Under the pieces are notes generated by a model. The model had not been told where the DNA came from. It saw only the letters and a list, made by a program, of their open reading frames with translations, and did no database searches. A program made the translations under genes and the position numbers. DNA of 64,000 nt, taken from an uncultured Burkholderiales bacterium (GTDB taxonomy: Bacteria > Pseudomonadota > Gammaproteobacteria > Burkholderiales > Burkholderiaceae_E). Positions within the stretch are counted from its first letter, which is position 1, and the number at the start of each line of letters is the position of its first letter. This document shows positions 47,498 to 56,953 of the stretch, one piece after another. The stretch is taken from assembly GCA_903903975.1 (NCBI GenBank), contig CAIVAS010000132.1, positions 345-64,344 on the forward strand. The letters are read 5' to 3'.

Positions 47498-48745
47498 GTG
47501 CTCTATCAACTGCGAGAAGCTCAACGAGCTGTGTTGAACCCTCTGTCGAGCTGGGCCCAGACCCTTGGCAAGCTCTACAGCCATCCTTACAGCCCGTATG
47601 CCTATATGCCGTTTGCCCCGCGCGTGGCAGCCGGCTTCGAGCTGATGCACCGTTTGGGCAAGGACTACGACAAACCGAAGTGGGGGCTGGAGACGACCGA
47701 GGTCGACGGCGTGACGGTACGGGTGCTCGAGCAGGTCGAGATCGACAAGCCCTTTTGCCGGCTGATTCACTTTGCCAGACAGTTTCCGAAATCTGCCGCG
47801 CGCCGGCCCGCCGATCCGACGGTATTGGTCTTTGCGCCCCTGTCTGGTCACCATGCCACGCTGCTGCGCGACACCGTCAGGGGACTGCTGCCGCATCACG
47901 ATGTCTATGTCACCGACTGGATCGATGCCCGCCAGGTGCCACTGTCCAAGGGCCCCTTCCATCTGCACGACTACATCGGCTATGCCATCGAGTTCATCCG
48001 TCATCTCGGACCGAAGGTGCATCTGGTGTCGGTCTGCCAGCCGACTGTGCCTGTGCTGGCGGCGGTCTCGATGATGGCCAGCCTGAACGATCCGAAGCAG
48101 GCCCGCACGATGACCATGATGGGCGGGCCGATCGATACCCGTCGCAGCCCGACCTCGGTCAACAACCTCGCCACCGAAAAGCCGTTCAGCTGGTTCGAGC
48201 GCAATGTGATCTATCGTGTGCCGGGCCGCCATCAGGGCGTCGGCAGGCTCGTCTATCCCGGATTCCTGCAGCACGCGGGCTTTGTCGCCATGAACCCCGA
48301 TCGGCATACCGAATCGCACCGCGATTTCTACAACAATCTGGTGCGAGGTGCCGACGAGGATGCCGACAGCCATCGCGCTTTCTACGACGAATACAACGCC
48401 GTGCTTGACCTGCCCGCCGAGTACTACCTCGACACCATCAAGGCGGTTTTCCAGGAACATCGGCTGGCGCGAGGCATCTGGAAGGTGCCCTTCGAGGGGC
48501 GCATGATGACGGTCACCCCCGAAGACATCACGAAGGTCGCCCTCTTTACCATCGAGGGTGAACTCGACGACATCTCGGGCATCGGTCAGACCAGCGCGGC
48601 GCTTGAGCTGTGCAGCAAGCTGCCGGCGCACATGAAGCGCCAGACCATCGTCGAAGGTGCCGGCCATTACGGCATCTTCAGCGGCCGGCGCTGGCGGACC
48701 ACGGTACGACCCCAGATCAGCGATTTCATCCGAGAACACGCCTGA
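47498..48745 (+). CDS. phaZ: intracellular polyhydroxyalkanoate depolymerase
   Basis: GTG start. MLYQLREAQRAVLNPLS...DKPFCRLIHF...FAPLSGHHATLLRDTV...SVCQPTVPVLAA is typical of PhaZ (intracellular PHB depolymerase). Confidence 0.85.
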   Translation: MLYQLREAQRAVLNPLSSWAQTLGKLYSHPYSPYAYMPFAPRVAAGFELMHRLGKDYDKPKWGLETTEVDGVTVRVLEQVEIDKPFCRLIHFARQFPKSAARRPADPTVLVFAPLSGHHATLLRDTVRGLLPHHDVYVTDWIDARQVPLSKGPFHLHDYIGYAIEFIRHLGPKVHLVSVCQPTVPVLAAVSMMASLNDPKQARTMTMMGGPIDTRRSPTSVNNLATEKPFSWFERNVIYRVPGRHQGVGRLVYPGFLQHAGFVAMNPDRHTESHRDFYNNLVRGADEDADSHRAFYDEYNAVLDLPAEYYLDTIKAVFQEHRLARGIWKVPFEGRMMTVTPEDITKVALFTIEGELDDISGIGQTSAALELCSKLPAHMKRQTIVEGAGHYGIFSGRRWRTTVRPQISDFIREHA

Positions 48746-48747
48746 GC

Positions 48748-49548
48748 CTGTCGAGCCCGCCACTGCCAACCCCTGCGGCCCCTGCGACCTGCTCGCCTCC
48801 GAGCGACCCGCAGCCAGGCAACCCGAACCAGCCTGATCGCGACGAGCAGATCAGGCTGGTCGATCGCCTGTTGCCGCAGACCCAGTGCACGCAATGCGGG
48901 TTCAGCGGGTGCAAGCCCTATGCCGAGGCGATCATCGACCAGCGGGCGCCGATCAACCGCTGTCCGCCGGGGGGTACCGTCGGTATCGCCCTGCTGGCGG
49001 CTGTCACCGGCCGGGCGATCGTCGCGCTCGATGCGTCCTGCGGCGTCGAGGCGCCACGCAAGATCGCCCGCATCGTGGCCGAACTGTGCATCGGCTGCAC
49101 GCACTGCATCCGGGCCTGTCCGGTCGATGCGATTGCAGGCGGCCCGAAACGGCTCCACGCGATCATCCCCGAGCTGTGCACCGGCTGCGCGCTGTGTCTG
49201 CCGCCCTGCCCGGTCGACTGTATCGAGATGGTCGAGCCGCCCCTCGCACTTGTCGGCTGGACACGCAAGGACGCCGACGCCGCGCGCGAGCGCTTGAACC
49301 GGCGCGATGCAAGACTGGCGCGACTGGCTAGATCGGAGCGAAGGCGGCTCGCCGAACACGAGACTCAGGCCACGACGGCCGACATATCGCCGGAAACATC
49401 GGCCATCACGTCGTCGGTCACCACGTCTGTCTCCACGGCAGGCATCAATGACGGCGCTATTGCGAACCAGGCAGGCACCGAACGCAAGCGCGCGATGATC
49501 GAGGCTGCGGTGGCCCGCGCACGGGCGCGACTGAACCCACCGACATGA
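48748..49548 (+). CDS. RnfB/RsxB-related Fe-S (4Fe-4S dicluster) protein; start codon unresolved
   Basis: LLPQTQCTQCGFSGCKPYAEAI, CIGCTHCIRACPVDAI, CTGCALCLPPCPVDCI. There is no in-frame ATG/GTG between the phaZ stop and the conserved N-terminal motif. Candidates are ATG 48610 (inside phaZ), CTG 48748 and TTG 48871. The stop overlaps the nth start (ATGA). Confidence 0.7.
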   Translation: MSSPPLPTPAAPATCSPPSDPQPGNPNQPDRDEQIRLVDRLLPQTQCTQCGFSGCKPYAEAIIDQRAPINRCPPGGTVGIALLAAVTGRAIVALDASCGVEAPRKIARIVAELCIGCTHCIRACPVDAIAGGPKRLHAIIPELCTGCALCLPPCPVDCIEMVEPPLALVGWTRKDADAARERLNRRDARLARLARSERRRLAEHETQATTADISPETSAITSSVTTSVSTAGINDGAIANQAGTERKRAMIEAAVARARARLNPPT

Positions 49549-50243
49549 AACTCGCCGATCGCCTTGAACTCTTCACGCGGTTTCAGGCGGCTAATCCGAC
49601 GCCCACCACCGAGCTCGAATTCTCGACCCCCTTCGAACTGCTGGTGGCGGTACTGCTGTCGGCGCAGGCCACCGATCGCAGCGTCAATATCGCCACCCGC
49701 AAGCTGTTTGCGGTGGCCCGCACGCCAGCCGCCATCGCGGCGCTTGGCGTCGAGGGGCTGGAGGCGCACATCAGGACCATCGGGCTGTATCACTCGAAAG
49801 CCCGCCACCTGATCGAGACCTGCACGATGCTGCAGGCGCTTCATCAGGGCGAGGTACCACGCGAGCGCCAGGCCCTTGAAGCGCTGCCCGGCGTCGGGCG
49901 CAAGACGGCCAACGTCGTGCTCAACACTGCCTTCGGCGAGCCGACCATGGCGGTCGACACGCATATTTTCCGGGTCGCAAACCGACTGAAACTGGCGACC
50001 GGCAAGACACCGCTTGCAGTCGAACACGGGCTGCTCAAGGCCATTCCAGCGCCTTTTCTGATCGATGCCCACCATTGGCTGATCCTGCATGGGCGCTATG
50101 TCTGCAAAGCACGCAAGCCGGAATGCTGGCGATGCCCTGTGGCTGACCTGTGCCCCTACAAACCCAAGACAGCGGCGCCCGGGACTGCCAAAGCCGCGCC
50201 CGGCGCCACACGAGCAAAGCGACATGTTCAATCCGAGCCGTGA
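49545..50243 (+). CDS. nth: endonuclease III
   Basis: ELEFSTPFELLVAVLLSAQATD, LPGVGRKTANVVL (HhH-GPD), CKARKPECWRCPVADLC Fe-S cluster loop. Confidence 0.95.
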   Translation: MKLADRLELFTRFQAANPTPTTELEFSTPFELLVAVLLSAQATDRSVNIATRKLFAVARTPAAIAALGVEGLEAHIRTIGLYHSKARHLIETCTMLQALHQGEVPRERQALEALPGVGRKTANVVLNTAFGEPTMAVDTHIFRVANRLKLATGKTPLAVEHGLLKAIPAPFLIDAHHWLILHGRYVCKARKPECWRCPVADLCPYKPKTAAPGTAKAAPGATRAKRHVQSEP

Positions 50244-50649
50244 CGAGGTCAGACGCTTCTTTTGCGAAGCCTGGCGCAAACAGCGTGCCGCGCAGCCGAT
50301 CACACCGATCGAGGCGATTGCCATCGACTGGATCACCCGGCATCCGGAATATCACGCACTGCTCAGTGATCAGCAGGCCGCGCTGAGCACCGACTTCAGC
50401 GCCGACGGGCCAGGCGCCAATCCCTTCCTGCATCTGAGCATGCATCTGTCGGTCACCGAGCAGCTGCAGATCGACCAGCCCCCCGGTATCCGGGCCGCCT
50501 GGCAGGTCTTGCTGCGCACAACCGGCGACGAACATCAGGCGGCGCATCGCGTGATTGACGCGCTGGCCGAAACGCTCTGGGAAGCCCAACGCGACGGCAA
50601 GCCGCCCTCCAACGAGCGTTATCTGGAGCGGGTGCTGCGGGCGGTGTGA
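50224..50649 (+). CDS. DUF1841-like protein
   Basis: Track ORF trimmed to ATG 50224 (MFNPSRDEVRRFFCEAWRK...NPFLHLSMHLSVTEQL...). 20-nt overlap with the nth 3' end. Family name recalled from memory. Confidence 0.6.
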   Translation: MFNPSRDEVRRFFCEAWRKQRAAQPITPIEAIAIDWITRHPEYHALLSDQQAALSTDFSADGPGANPFLHLSMHLSVTEQLQIDQPPGIRAAWQVLLRTTGDEHQAAHRVIDALAETLWEAQRDGKPPSNERYLERVLRAV

Positions 50650-50701
50650 GCGACCGTGGCCGCGGTGATAGAGAATCGCTGTCTTGACACAGGAGCAAAC
50701 C

Positions 50702-52621
50702 ATGAGCGCATGGGACATTCAGGGACCGACCGTCGGCAGGTGCAAGTCATGGCGCGAGGTCTACCCTGAGCTGGGTCGGCAGGTCGAACGAATCACGGCG
50801 CCGCGCGGCCGGGGCATCGCCTGGGAAGGGTCCGACATCTGGGTCTACACCGAGCGCGCGGCCAACATCGTCGAGCTGCTCGCGGCCAACGTCACGCGAT
50901 ACCCCGATCGCGAGGCCTATGTGTTTCATCCCGGCGGGCAGCGCCTGACCTGGCGACAGGTTGGCGAGCAGGTGCAGCGCGTGGCGGCAAGACTCAGGCG
51001 AGACTTCGGCTTTGAAAAGGGCGACCGGCTTTGCCTGCTCACGCTGGGCTGCCCCGAATACGTCATCAGCTATCTGGCCATCGTATCGCTGGGTGGTATC
51101 GCCGTGCCGGTGAACCTGGGTCTGACTGCCGAGGGCCTGGCCGCACAGATCAACAAGGTCGGCGCGAAAGCGATCGTGGTATCGCCCGATCTCTGGCAGG
51201 ACAAGCTCGCCTCGGTGCGCAACCAGTTGCCGAGTGTCAGGCAGGTGTTCATCACCGAAGGGGAAGCTCCCCCGCAGACGCTGGGCTTTGCCGAACTCAA
51301 CCGCGAGGGTGCCGAAGCAGCGGTGCACACCGCGATCGACGAATGGGACCTGTGCGCGATCTCGTTTACCTCGGGCACCACCGGCGTCCCGAAGGGAACG
51401 ATGGCCATGCACATCAACGCTCTGGGATGCGCGCAGAACATCATGCATGCGGCCAAGGGGCTGAGCGTTGATGACATCAACCTCTGCATGCCGCCGCTCT
51501 ATCACAACACCGCGGTCTACACCGACTTCATGCCGGCGCTGATGACCGGTGGCAAGTGCGTGATCATGCGTGCCTTCGCGCCGCTCGACGCCATCAAGCT
51601 GATCGAAACCGAGCGCGCCACCTGGACGGTGGCGGCACCGATCATGCTGTGGATGATGATGAATCATCCCGAGTTCGCTCAGCATGACTGTTCGTCGCTG
51701 AAAAAAATCCTTTTTGGCGGCCATGCCGCATCCGAGACCTACATCAACCAGTTGCATCGGTGCTTTTCGCCGGTCGCCATGGTCAATGGCGGCAGTGTCT
51801 CGGAGAGCACCGCGCTGGGTTTTGCCCTGCCGACCGAAGACGCGATTCGCAAGATCACCAGTTGCGGGTTGGCCACACCGAACACCGACATCGCGATCTT
51901 CGACGACCACGGCAATGAATTGACCGAGCCCAATCAGATCGGCGAAGTGGCCTACCGGGGGCAGCAGACCAACGCCGGCTACTGGGACGAACCCGGCAAG
52001 ACCGCGGAAGTCTTCCGTCGTGACGGCTTCGTGCTGTCGGGCGACTGGGCCCGGATCGACGAAGAAGGCTACCTCTGGCTGCTCGATCGCAAGAAGGACA
52101 TGGTGGTGCGCGGCGGCCAGAACGTCTATTGCATCGAGGTCGAGAACAAGCTTTACCTGCATCCGGCGGTGCTGCGCGCGGCGGTCGTTGGCGTGCCCGA
52201 CCATCTCTTTTCGGAGCGCCTGAAGGCGGTGCTGGTGCTCAAACCGGGCCAGTCGGTGAGTGCGCAGGAGATCCGCGTGCACTGTGCCGCGCAGCTGGCG
52301 CCCTACGAGGTGCCTGAATACGTTGTGTTTACGCAGGCGCTGCCCACCAACGCGGCAGGCAAGACGCTCAAGCCGCCATTGATCGACCAGTGGGGCGAGG
52401 CCGACGCCGATGTGACCAGCCGCCTGCGCGCCTTTTGCGCAAGCATGCCGGATGCCTTGCTCGACAAACCCCAGTTCAAGCTCGACGACAGCGCCTTGAC
52501 GCCGCGCGAAGCGCTCGCTGCGGTTGAGGCCAACAATGATCTTGGGCGACGCATCGGCGAGCGGGTGAGCGACGGCGGCGTTGTTGCGCTGACCAAACCG
52601 GACGAGGCTCGTTTTCGATAA
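50702..52621 (+). CDS. AMP-dependent acyl-CoA synthetase/ligase (class I adenylate-forming enzyme) with extended C-terminus
   Basis: ATG 50702 with AGGAG 6 nt upstream. SFTSGTTGVPKG (A3), GEVAYRG, SGDWARIDEEGYLWLLDRKKDMV, terminal NAAGKTLK catalytic Lys. Confidence 0.85.
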   Translation: MSAWDIQGPTVGRCKSWREVYPELGRQVERITAPRGRGIAWEGSDIWVYTERAANIVELLAANVTRYPDREAYVFHPGGQRLTWRQVGEQVQRVAARLRRDFGFEKGDRLCLLTLGCPEYVISYLAIVSLGGIAVPVNLGLTAEGLAAQINKVGAKAIVVSPDLWQDKLASVRNQLPSVRQVFITEGEAPPQTLGFAELNREGAEAAVHTAIDEWDLCAISFTSGTTGVPKGTMAMHINALGCAQNIMHAAKGLSVDDINLCMPPLYHNTAVYTDFMPALMTGGKCVIMRAFAPLDAIKLIETERATWTVAAPIMLWMMMNHPEFAQHDCSSLKKILFGGHAASETYINQLHRCFSPVAMVNGGSVSESTALGFALPTEDAIRKITSCGLATPNTDIAIFDDHGNELTEPNQIGEVAYRGQQTNAGYWDEPGKTAEVFRRDGFVLSGDWARIDEEGYLWLLDRKKDMVVRGGQNVYCIEVENKLYLHPAVLRAAVVGVPDHLFSERLKAVLVLKPGQSVSAQEIRVHCAAQLAPYEVPEYVVFTQALPTNAAGKTLKPPLIDQWGEADADVTSRLRAFCASMPDALLDKPQFKLDDSALTPREALAAVEANNDLGRRIGERVSDGGVVALTKPDEARFR

Positions 52622-52657
52622 GCTGCTCTCCTCGTCACCCTTCACTTCATTCCAGCC

Positions 52658-53293
52658 ATGCTCGGCCGTCTGCTGCCCCGCGAAGGGCGTTTCTTCGATC
52701 TTTTCAATCAGCACGCCGACCGGATCGTCGACGGTGCTCATCATCTGGTGCATCTGATGGAGCACTACAGCGACCCGGTGCTGCGCGAGCGCGAAATCCA
52801 GGCGATCGACGAGATCGAGACTTCAGGCGACAAGGTCACCCGCGAAACCGTGGCACTGCTGCACAAGACCTTCATCACGCCCTTTGATCGCGACGACGTC
52901 CACAAGCTGATCACACGCATGGACGACATTCTCGACCTCACCCAGGATGTCGCCGAGTCGGTGATGCTCTACGACATTCAGACCATGACCCCGGAAGCGG
53001 TCCAACTCGCCTCGCTCGCACAGATGTGCTGCGAACGTGTGCGTTCGGCGGTCAACCTGCTCTCGGATATGGCCAACGCTGACGCCATCCTGAAGCTGTG
53101 CATCGAGATCGACCGTCTCGAATCGGATGCCGATCGGGTCATGCGTTCAGCGATGTCAAAACTCTTTCACGAAGAGCCGGACGTGCGCCAGCTGATCAAG
53201 CTCAAAGCGATCTACGAATTGCTCGAGTCACTCACCGATCGCTGCGAAGACGTGGCCAACATCATCGAAGGCGTTGTGCTCGAGAACGCCTGA
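52658..53293 (+). CDS. DUF47 (PhoU-like, Pit accessory) protein
   Basis: MLGRLLPREGRFFDLFNQHAD...ETSGDKVTRE...FITPFDRDDVHKL. Canonical position upstream of pit. Confidence 0.8.
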   Translation: MLGRLLPREGRFFDLFNQHADRIVDGAHHLVHLMEHYSDPVLREREIQAIDEIETSGDKVTRETVALLHKTFITPFDRDDVHKLITRMDDILDLTQDVAESVMLYDIQTMTPEAVQLASLAQMCCERVRSAVNLLSDMANADAILKLCIEIDRLESDADRVMRSAMSKLFHEEPDVRQLIKLKAIYELLESLTDRCEDVANIIEGVVLENA

Positions 53294-53336
53294 GCGGCAC
53301 TCACGAGCACCTTGCGCGCATCTGATTGTCGCCGCC

Positions 53337-54359
53337 ATGCATACCGCCTCGATCAGTCTGAATGCGCTGATATGTCTGGTTGCGCTGGCACTGGTCTTCG
53401 ATTTCATGAACGGCTTTCACGACGCCGCTAATTCGATTGCGACGGTCGTCTCGACCGGTGCGCTCAAGCCGCATCAGGCGGTTGCCTGGGCCGCGCTCTT
53501 CAATCTGCTGGCCATCTCGGTCTTCGGATTTCACGTGGCCAGAACGGTGGGGACCGGCATCGTCGACCCCTATGCCATCGATCATCGGGTGATCTTCGCG
53601 GCGCTGCTTGCAGCCATTGCCTGGAATCTGCTCACCTGGTGGATGGGCACGCCCTCGGGTTCCTCCCATGCGCTGATCGGCGGACTGATCGGCGCCACAC
53701 TCGCCAAAGCCGGCCTGTCGGCGCTGATCGGCGCAGGCATTGTTCGCACCGCCGCTTTCATCGTGCTGTCGCCACTCTTCGGATTCGTGCTTGGCATCGT
53801 CCTGATGGTGCTGATGGGATGGGTCCTCAGAGGCACGAGCGTTCGCGGTGCCGATCGCTGGATGCGCCGTCTGCAGATTGTCTCGTCGGCGCTCTACAGT
53901 CTGGGACACGGCGGCAACGATGCGCAAAAAACCATGGGCGTGATCTGGCTGCTGCTGATCACAGCCGGCGTCACCGAACCTGATCACCTGCCTGCCTGGG
54001 TGGTCATCGCCTGCTATCTCACCATCGCGCTTGGCACCCTCTTCGGCGGTTGGCGAATCGTGCGCACCATGGATCAACGCATCACGCGGCTGCGCCCGGT
54101 CGGCGGATTTTGCGCCGAGACCAGTGGCGCCTTCATGCTCTTCATCGCGTCGGCCGCCGGCATACCGGTCTCGAGCACGCACACCATTACGAGCGCCATC
54201 GTCGGGGTCGGCGCGGCCAATCGGATCTCGGCAGTCAGATGGGGGGTTGCCGGCAGCCTGATCTGGATCTGGGCGCTCACCCTACCGGCCACCGCGCTGA
54301 TGGCAGCCATCGGCTGGGCCGTCAGCGGCTGGTTCTTCCAAGCAGGACAACGCCTCTAA
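53337..54359 (+). CDS. pit: inorganic phosphate transporter, PiT family
   Basis: Trimmed to ATG 53337. VFDFMNGFHDAANSIATVVST and LGHGGNDAQKTMG signature repeats. Confidence 0.9.
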   Translation: MHTASISLNALICLVALALVFDFMNGFHDAANSIATVVSTGALKPHQAVAWAALFNLLAISVFGFHVARTVGTGIVDPYAIDHRVIFAALLAAIAWNLLTWWMGTPSGSSHALIGGLIGATLAKAGLSALIGAGIVRTAAFIVLSPLFGFVLGIVLMVLMGWVLRGTSVRGADRWMRRLQIVSSALYSLGHGGNDAQKTMGVIWLLLITAGVTEPDHLPAWVVIACYLTIALGTLFGGWRIVRTMDQRITRLRPVGGFCAETSGAFMLFIASAAGIPVSSTHTITSAIVGVGAANRISAVRWGVAGSLIWIWALTLPATALMAAIGWAVSGWFFQAGQRL

Positions 54360-54376
54360 GGCTCTCACCGACCACC

Positions 54377-55060
54377 ATGTCCGACACCCCTGATTCCGAG
54401 CAGCTGTGGCTCGAACTGCCACCGATTTCACCGAAGGCTCCGCCTCGCCTGCTGATCTTCATTCATCCGGCCGGCTCTTCGCCCGAAGCCTTCGCGCCGG
54501 TCGCGATCGCATGGCAACTGAAATTTCCGGGCGCCACCGGCATCGTGCTGCAGGGTCTGCGCCATGTTGGCAGGCACACCGACTGGTTCGATGCCAGCGA
54601 CCTCGATGGTCAGGGCGCGCAGCGGCTGCAAACCGCCTGCGAACTCATTCTCAGCCGCATCGCCGCGCTCCAGGCCCAGGTCGGTATCGGGCCGCTGCAG
54701 ACCGTGGTGATCGGGCACGGCCAAGGTGCCACGATCGCGCTCGAATGCGCACGACTGCAGCCTGGCGCCATGTCGATCGTCGCGGCCTATGGCGCGCGAC
54801 TGATGAAGCCGATCGCCCCCCAGGAACGCCTGTCGACGGTCATTCACCTGATGCATGGTGAGTTCGACAGCATCGTGCCAGTCGTCTACGGCATGCGCGC
54901 CTACCGGGGTCTGCTCGCTGTCGGCGCGGATGTCACGCTCGATGTCGTTGAAGGCGAAGCCCATGTGATCGGGCAGAACATGGTCAACCTGGGCACCACA
55001 CGGGTCATGCAGACCCTCTTTCGAGGGCGCCGCGCCCGCGGCCGCCCGACGATTCACTGA
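54377..55060 (+). CDS. phospholipase/carboxylesterase-type alpha/beta hydrolase
   Basis: Trimmed to ATG 54377 (MSDTPDSEQLWLE...). LLIFIHPAGSS, nucleophile region VIGHGQGA, HLMHGEFDSIVP. Confidence 0.65.
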   Translation: MSDTPDSEQLWLELPPISPKAPPRLLIFIHPAGSSPEAFAPVAIAWQLKFPGATGIVLQGLRHVGRHTDWFDASDLDGQGAQRLQTACELILSRIAALQAQVGIGPLQTVVIGHGQGATIALECARLQPGAMSIVAAYGARLMKPIAPQERLSTVIHLMHGEFDSIVPVVYGMRAYRGLLAVGADVTLDVVEGEAHVIGQNMVNLGTTRVMQTLFRGRRARGRPTIH

Positions 55061-55088
55061 ACGCCGACGATCGACCGAGCCCCGACGA

Positions 55089-55130
55089 GACCTGCGTCGG
55101 ATCTCGTCAGGACCTGCGTCGGATCTCGTC
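55089..55130. repeat. 22-bp-period tandem duplication x2
   Basis: GACCTGCGTCGGATCTCGTC at 55089-55108 and again at 55111-55130, between the convergent esterase gene and hemL. Each copy can pair with flanking GACGAGA to form a hairpin. Confidence 0.85.
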
Positions 55131-55142
55131 GGAACGCCCGGC

Positions 55143-56432
55143 TCAGAGGCCTCTGAAAGCGATCCGGGCCTGCTCGAGCGTGAAGTCGACCTCGGCATCG
55201 CCATGAACCGACGAAAAGAAGAAGGCCTCGACCGGAGACGGCGGGAAATAAACACCTGCCTCGAGCATGCGGTGGTAGAAGCGCTTGAAGCGCTCGACAT
55301 CCTGGGTCATCACCTCGGCATAGCTTTGCGGCACGGTCGGCATCATGTAGATGCCGGCCATGGTGCCGAGTTGCTGCGCGCTGAAGGGCACGCCGGCCGC
55401 AGCCGCCGCTTCACGCAGCCCGGCAATCAGGCGCCCAAGACGTGCCACCACCGGTTCGTAAAACCCAGGGGCCGAGATCAGTTCCAGGGTTGCCAGACCA
55501 GCGGCCATCGCAATCGGGTTGCCCGACAGCGTGCCGGCCTGATAGACCGGCCCCAGCGGCGCCATCATCTCCATGACGGCCGCCGGACCGCCGATCGCAC
55601 CAACCGGCATACCGCCGCCGATCACCTTGCCGAAGGCGGTCATGTCGGGAATCACGCCGCTGACTTGCTGCATTCCACCGAGCGCCACGCGAAAACCGGT
55701 CATGACCTCATCGAAGATCAGCAGTGCGCCGTCGGCGCTGCACAGTGCGCGCAAGCCTTCCAGAAAGCCCTTTTGCGGCAGGATCAGATTCATGTTGCCC
55801 GCAGCCGGCTCGATCATTACGCAGGCAATCTGCCCGGGATGCGCATCGAAGAGCGCCTTCACACTGGGCAGGTCGTTGAACTGGGCTACCAAGGTATGCC
55901 GGGCAAGATCCTCGGGCACACCCGCCGAACTCGGCTGCCCGAAGGCGAGCGCGCCGCTGCCGGCCTTGACCAGCAGGCTGTCGGCCGTGCCGTGATAGCA
56001 GCCTTCGAATTTGAGAATCTTGGTGCGCCCGGTAAAGCCGCGGGCCAGACGCAGCGCTGACATTGCCGCCTCGGTACCCGAACTGGTGAAGCGCACCCGC
56101 TCGACATGCGAAAACAGGCCGCAGATTCGCTCGGCGAGTTCGGTCTCCATGACATTGGGCGCGCCATAGGACAGGCCACGGCCGGCGGCATCGCGAACCC
56201 GCTCGAGCACCAGCGGATGCGAGTGGCCAACGATCATCGGCCCCCATGAGCCGAGGTAATCGACATAGCGCTTGCCTTCGACATCCCAGAGGTAGGCGCC
56301 GTCGGCACGGGCAATGAAGCGCGGCGTACCGCCAACGGCCCTGAATGCCCTGACGGCCGAATTGACGCCACCGACCAGCACCTTCTGAGCGCGGTCGAAT
56401 TCCTGTTGATTAGTGCCCGTATTGCTGACCAT
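55143..56432 (-). CDS. hemL: glutamate-1-semialdehyde 2,1-aminomutase
   Basis: [52 protein letters not shown] (PLP Lys). Confidence 0.95.
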   Translation of the reverse strand: MVSNTGTNQQEFDRAQKVLVGGVNSAVRAFRAVGGTPRFIARADGAYLWDVEGKRYVDYLGSWGPMIVGHSHPLVLERVRDAAGRGLSYGAPNVMETELAERICGLFSHVERVRFTSSGTEAAMSALRLARGFTGRTKILKFEGCYHGTADSLLVKAGSGALAFGQPSSAGVPEDLARHTLVAQFNDLPSVKALFDAHPGQIACVMIEPAAGNMNLILPQKGFLEGLRALCSADGALLIFDEVMTGFRVALGGMQQVSGVIPDMTAFGKVIGGGMPVGAIGGPAAVMEMMAPLGPVYQAGTLSGNPIAMAAGLATLELISAPGFYEPVVARLGRLIAGLREAAAAAGVPFSAQQLGTMAGIYMMPTVPQSYAEVMTQDVERFKRFYHRMLEAGVYFPPSPVEAFFFSSVHGDAEVDFTLEQARIAFRGL

Positions 56433-56501
56433 AACGTCCCCTTCCGGCTGTGTCTGTGCCGGCGCGATGTTGGATGAGCGCCCGCGGATCAGGCGCCCGG
56501 A

Positions 56502-56933
56502 TTATTTGGCAAAGAGCCGCGACGGATCGGCAAATGCCTTGAACTCGATCGCATTGCCTGACGGGTCGAGAAAGAACATGGTCGCCTGCTCGCCGACCTC
56601 ACCCTTGAAGCGCACATGCGGCTCGATGATGAACTTGACCGCTGCAGCGCGCAGTTTGTCGGCCAGCGCAGTCCAGTCCTGCATACCCAGCACAACACCG
56701 AAATGCCGCACCGGAACGTTATCGCCGTCGACCGCGTTGGTCGCCCGGTGGCCGGACTGATCGGGCGACAGATGGGCGACGATCTGATGACCATAGAGAT
56801 CGAAGTCGATCCAGTCAGGTGAACTGCGACCTTCCGGGCACCCGAGCAGTCCGCCATAGAACGCACGGGCCGCCTGCAGGTCGTCGACCGGGAAGGCAAG
56901 GTGAAAAGGCTGTGAAACAGCGTATCCGGACAC
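56502..56933 (-). CDS. VOC (glyoxalase/bleomycin-resistance/dioxygenase) family protein
   Basis: 143 aa, [22 protein letters not shown]...HFGVVL...[13 protein letters not shown]. Confidence 0.7.
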   Translation of the reverse strand: MSGYAVSQPFHLAFPVDDLQAARAFYGGLLGCPEGRSSPDWIDFDLYGHQIVAHLSPDQSGHRATNAVDGDNVPVRHFGVVLGMQDWTALADKLRAAAVKFIIEPHVRFKGEVGEQATMFFLDPSGNAIEFKAFADPSRLFAK

Positions 56934-56953
56934 GACTTTTCCTTGAAGTGAGA

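Noticed and set aside
47480-52765. 429-aa (47480-48769) and 672-aa (50747-52765) minus-strand ORFs opposite phaZ and the acyl-CoA synthetase gene
   Set aside because: They are shadow ORFs. The plus-strand products match well-known families end to end.
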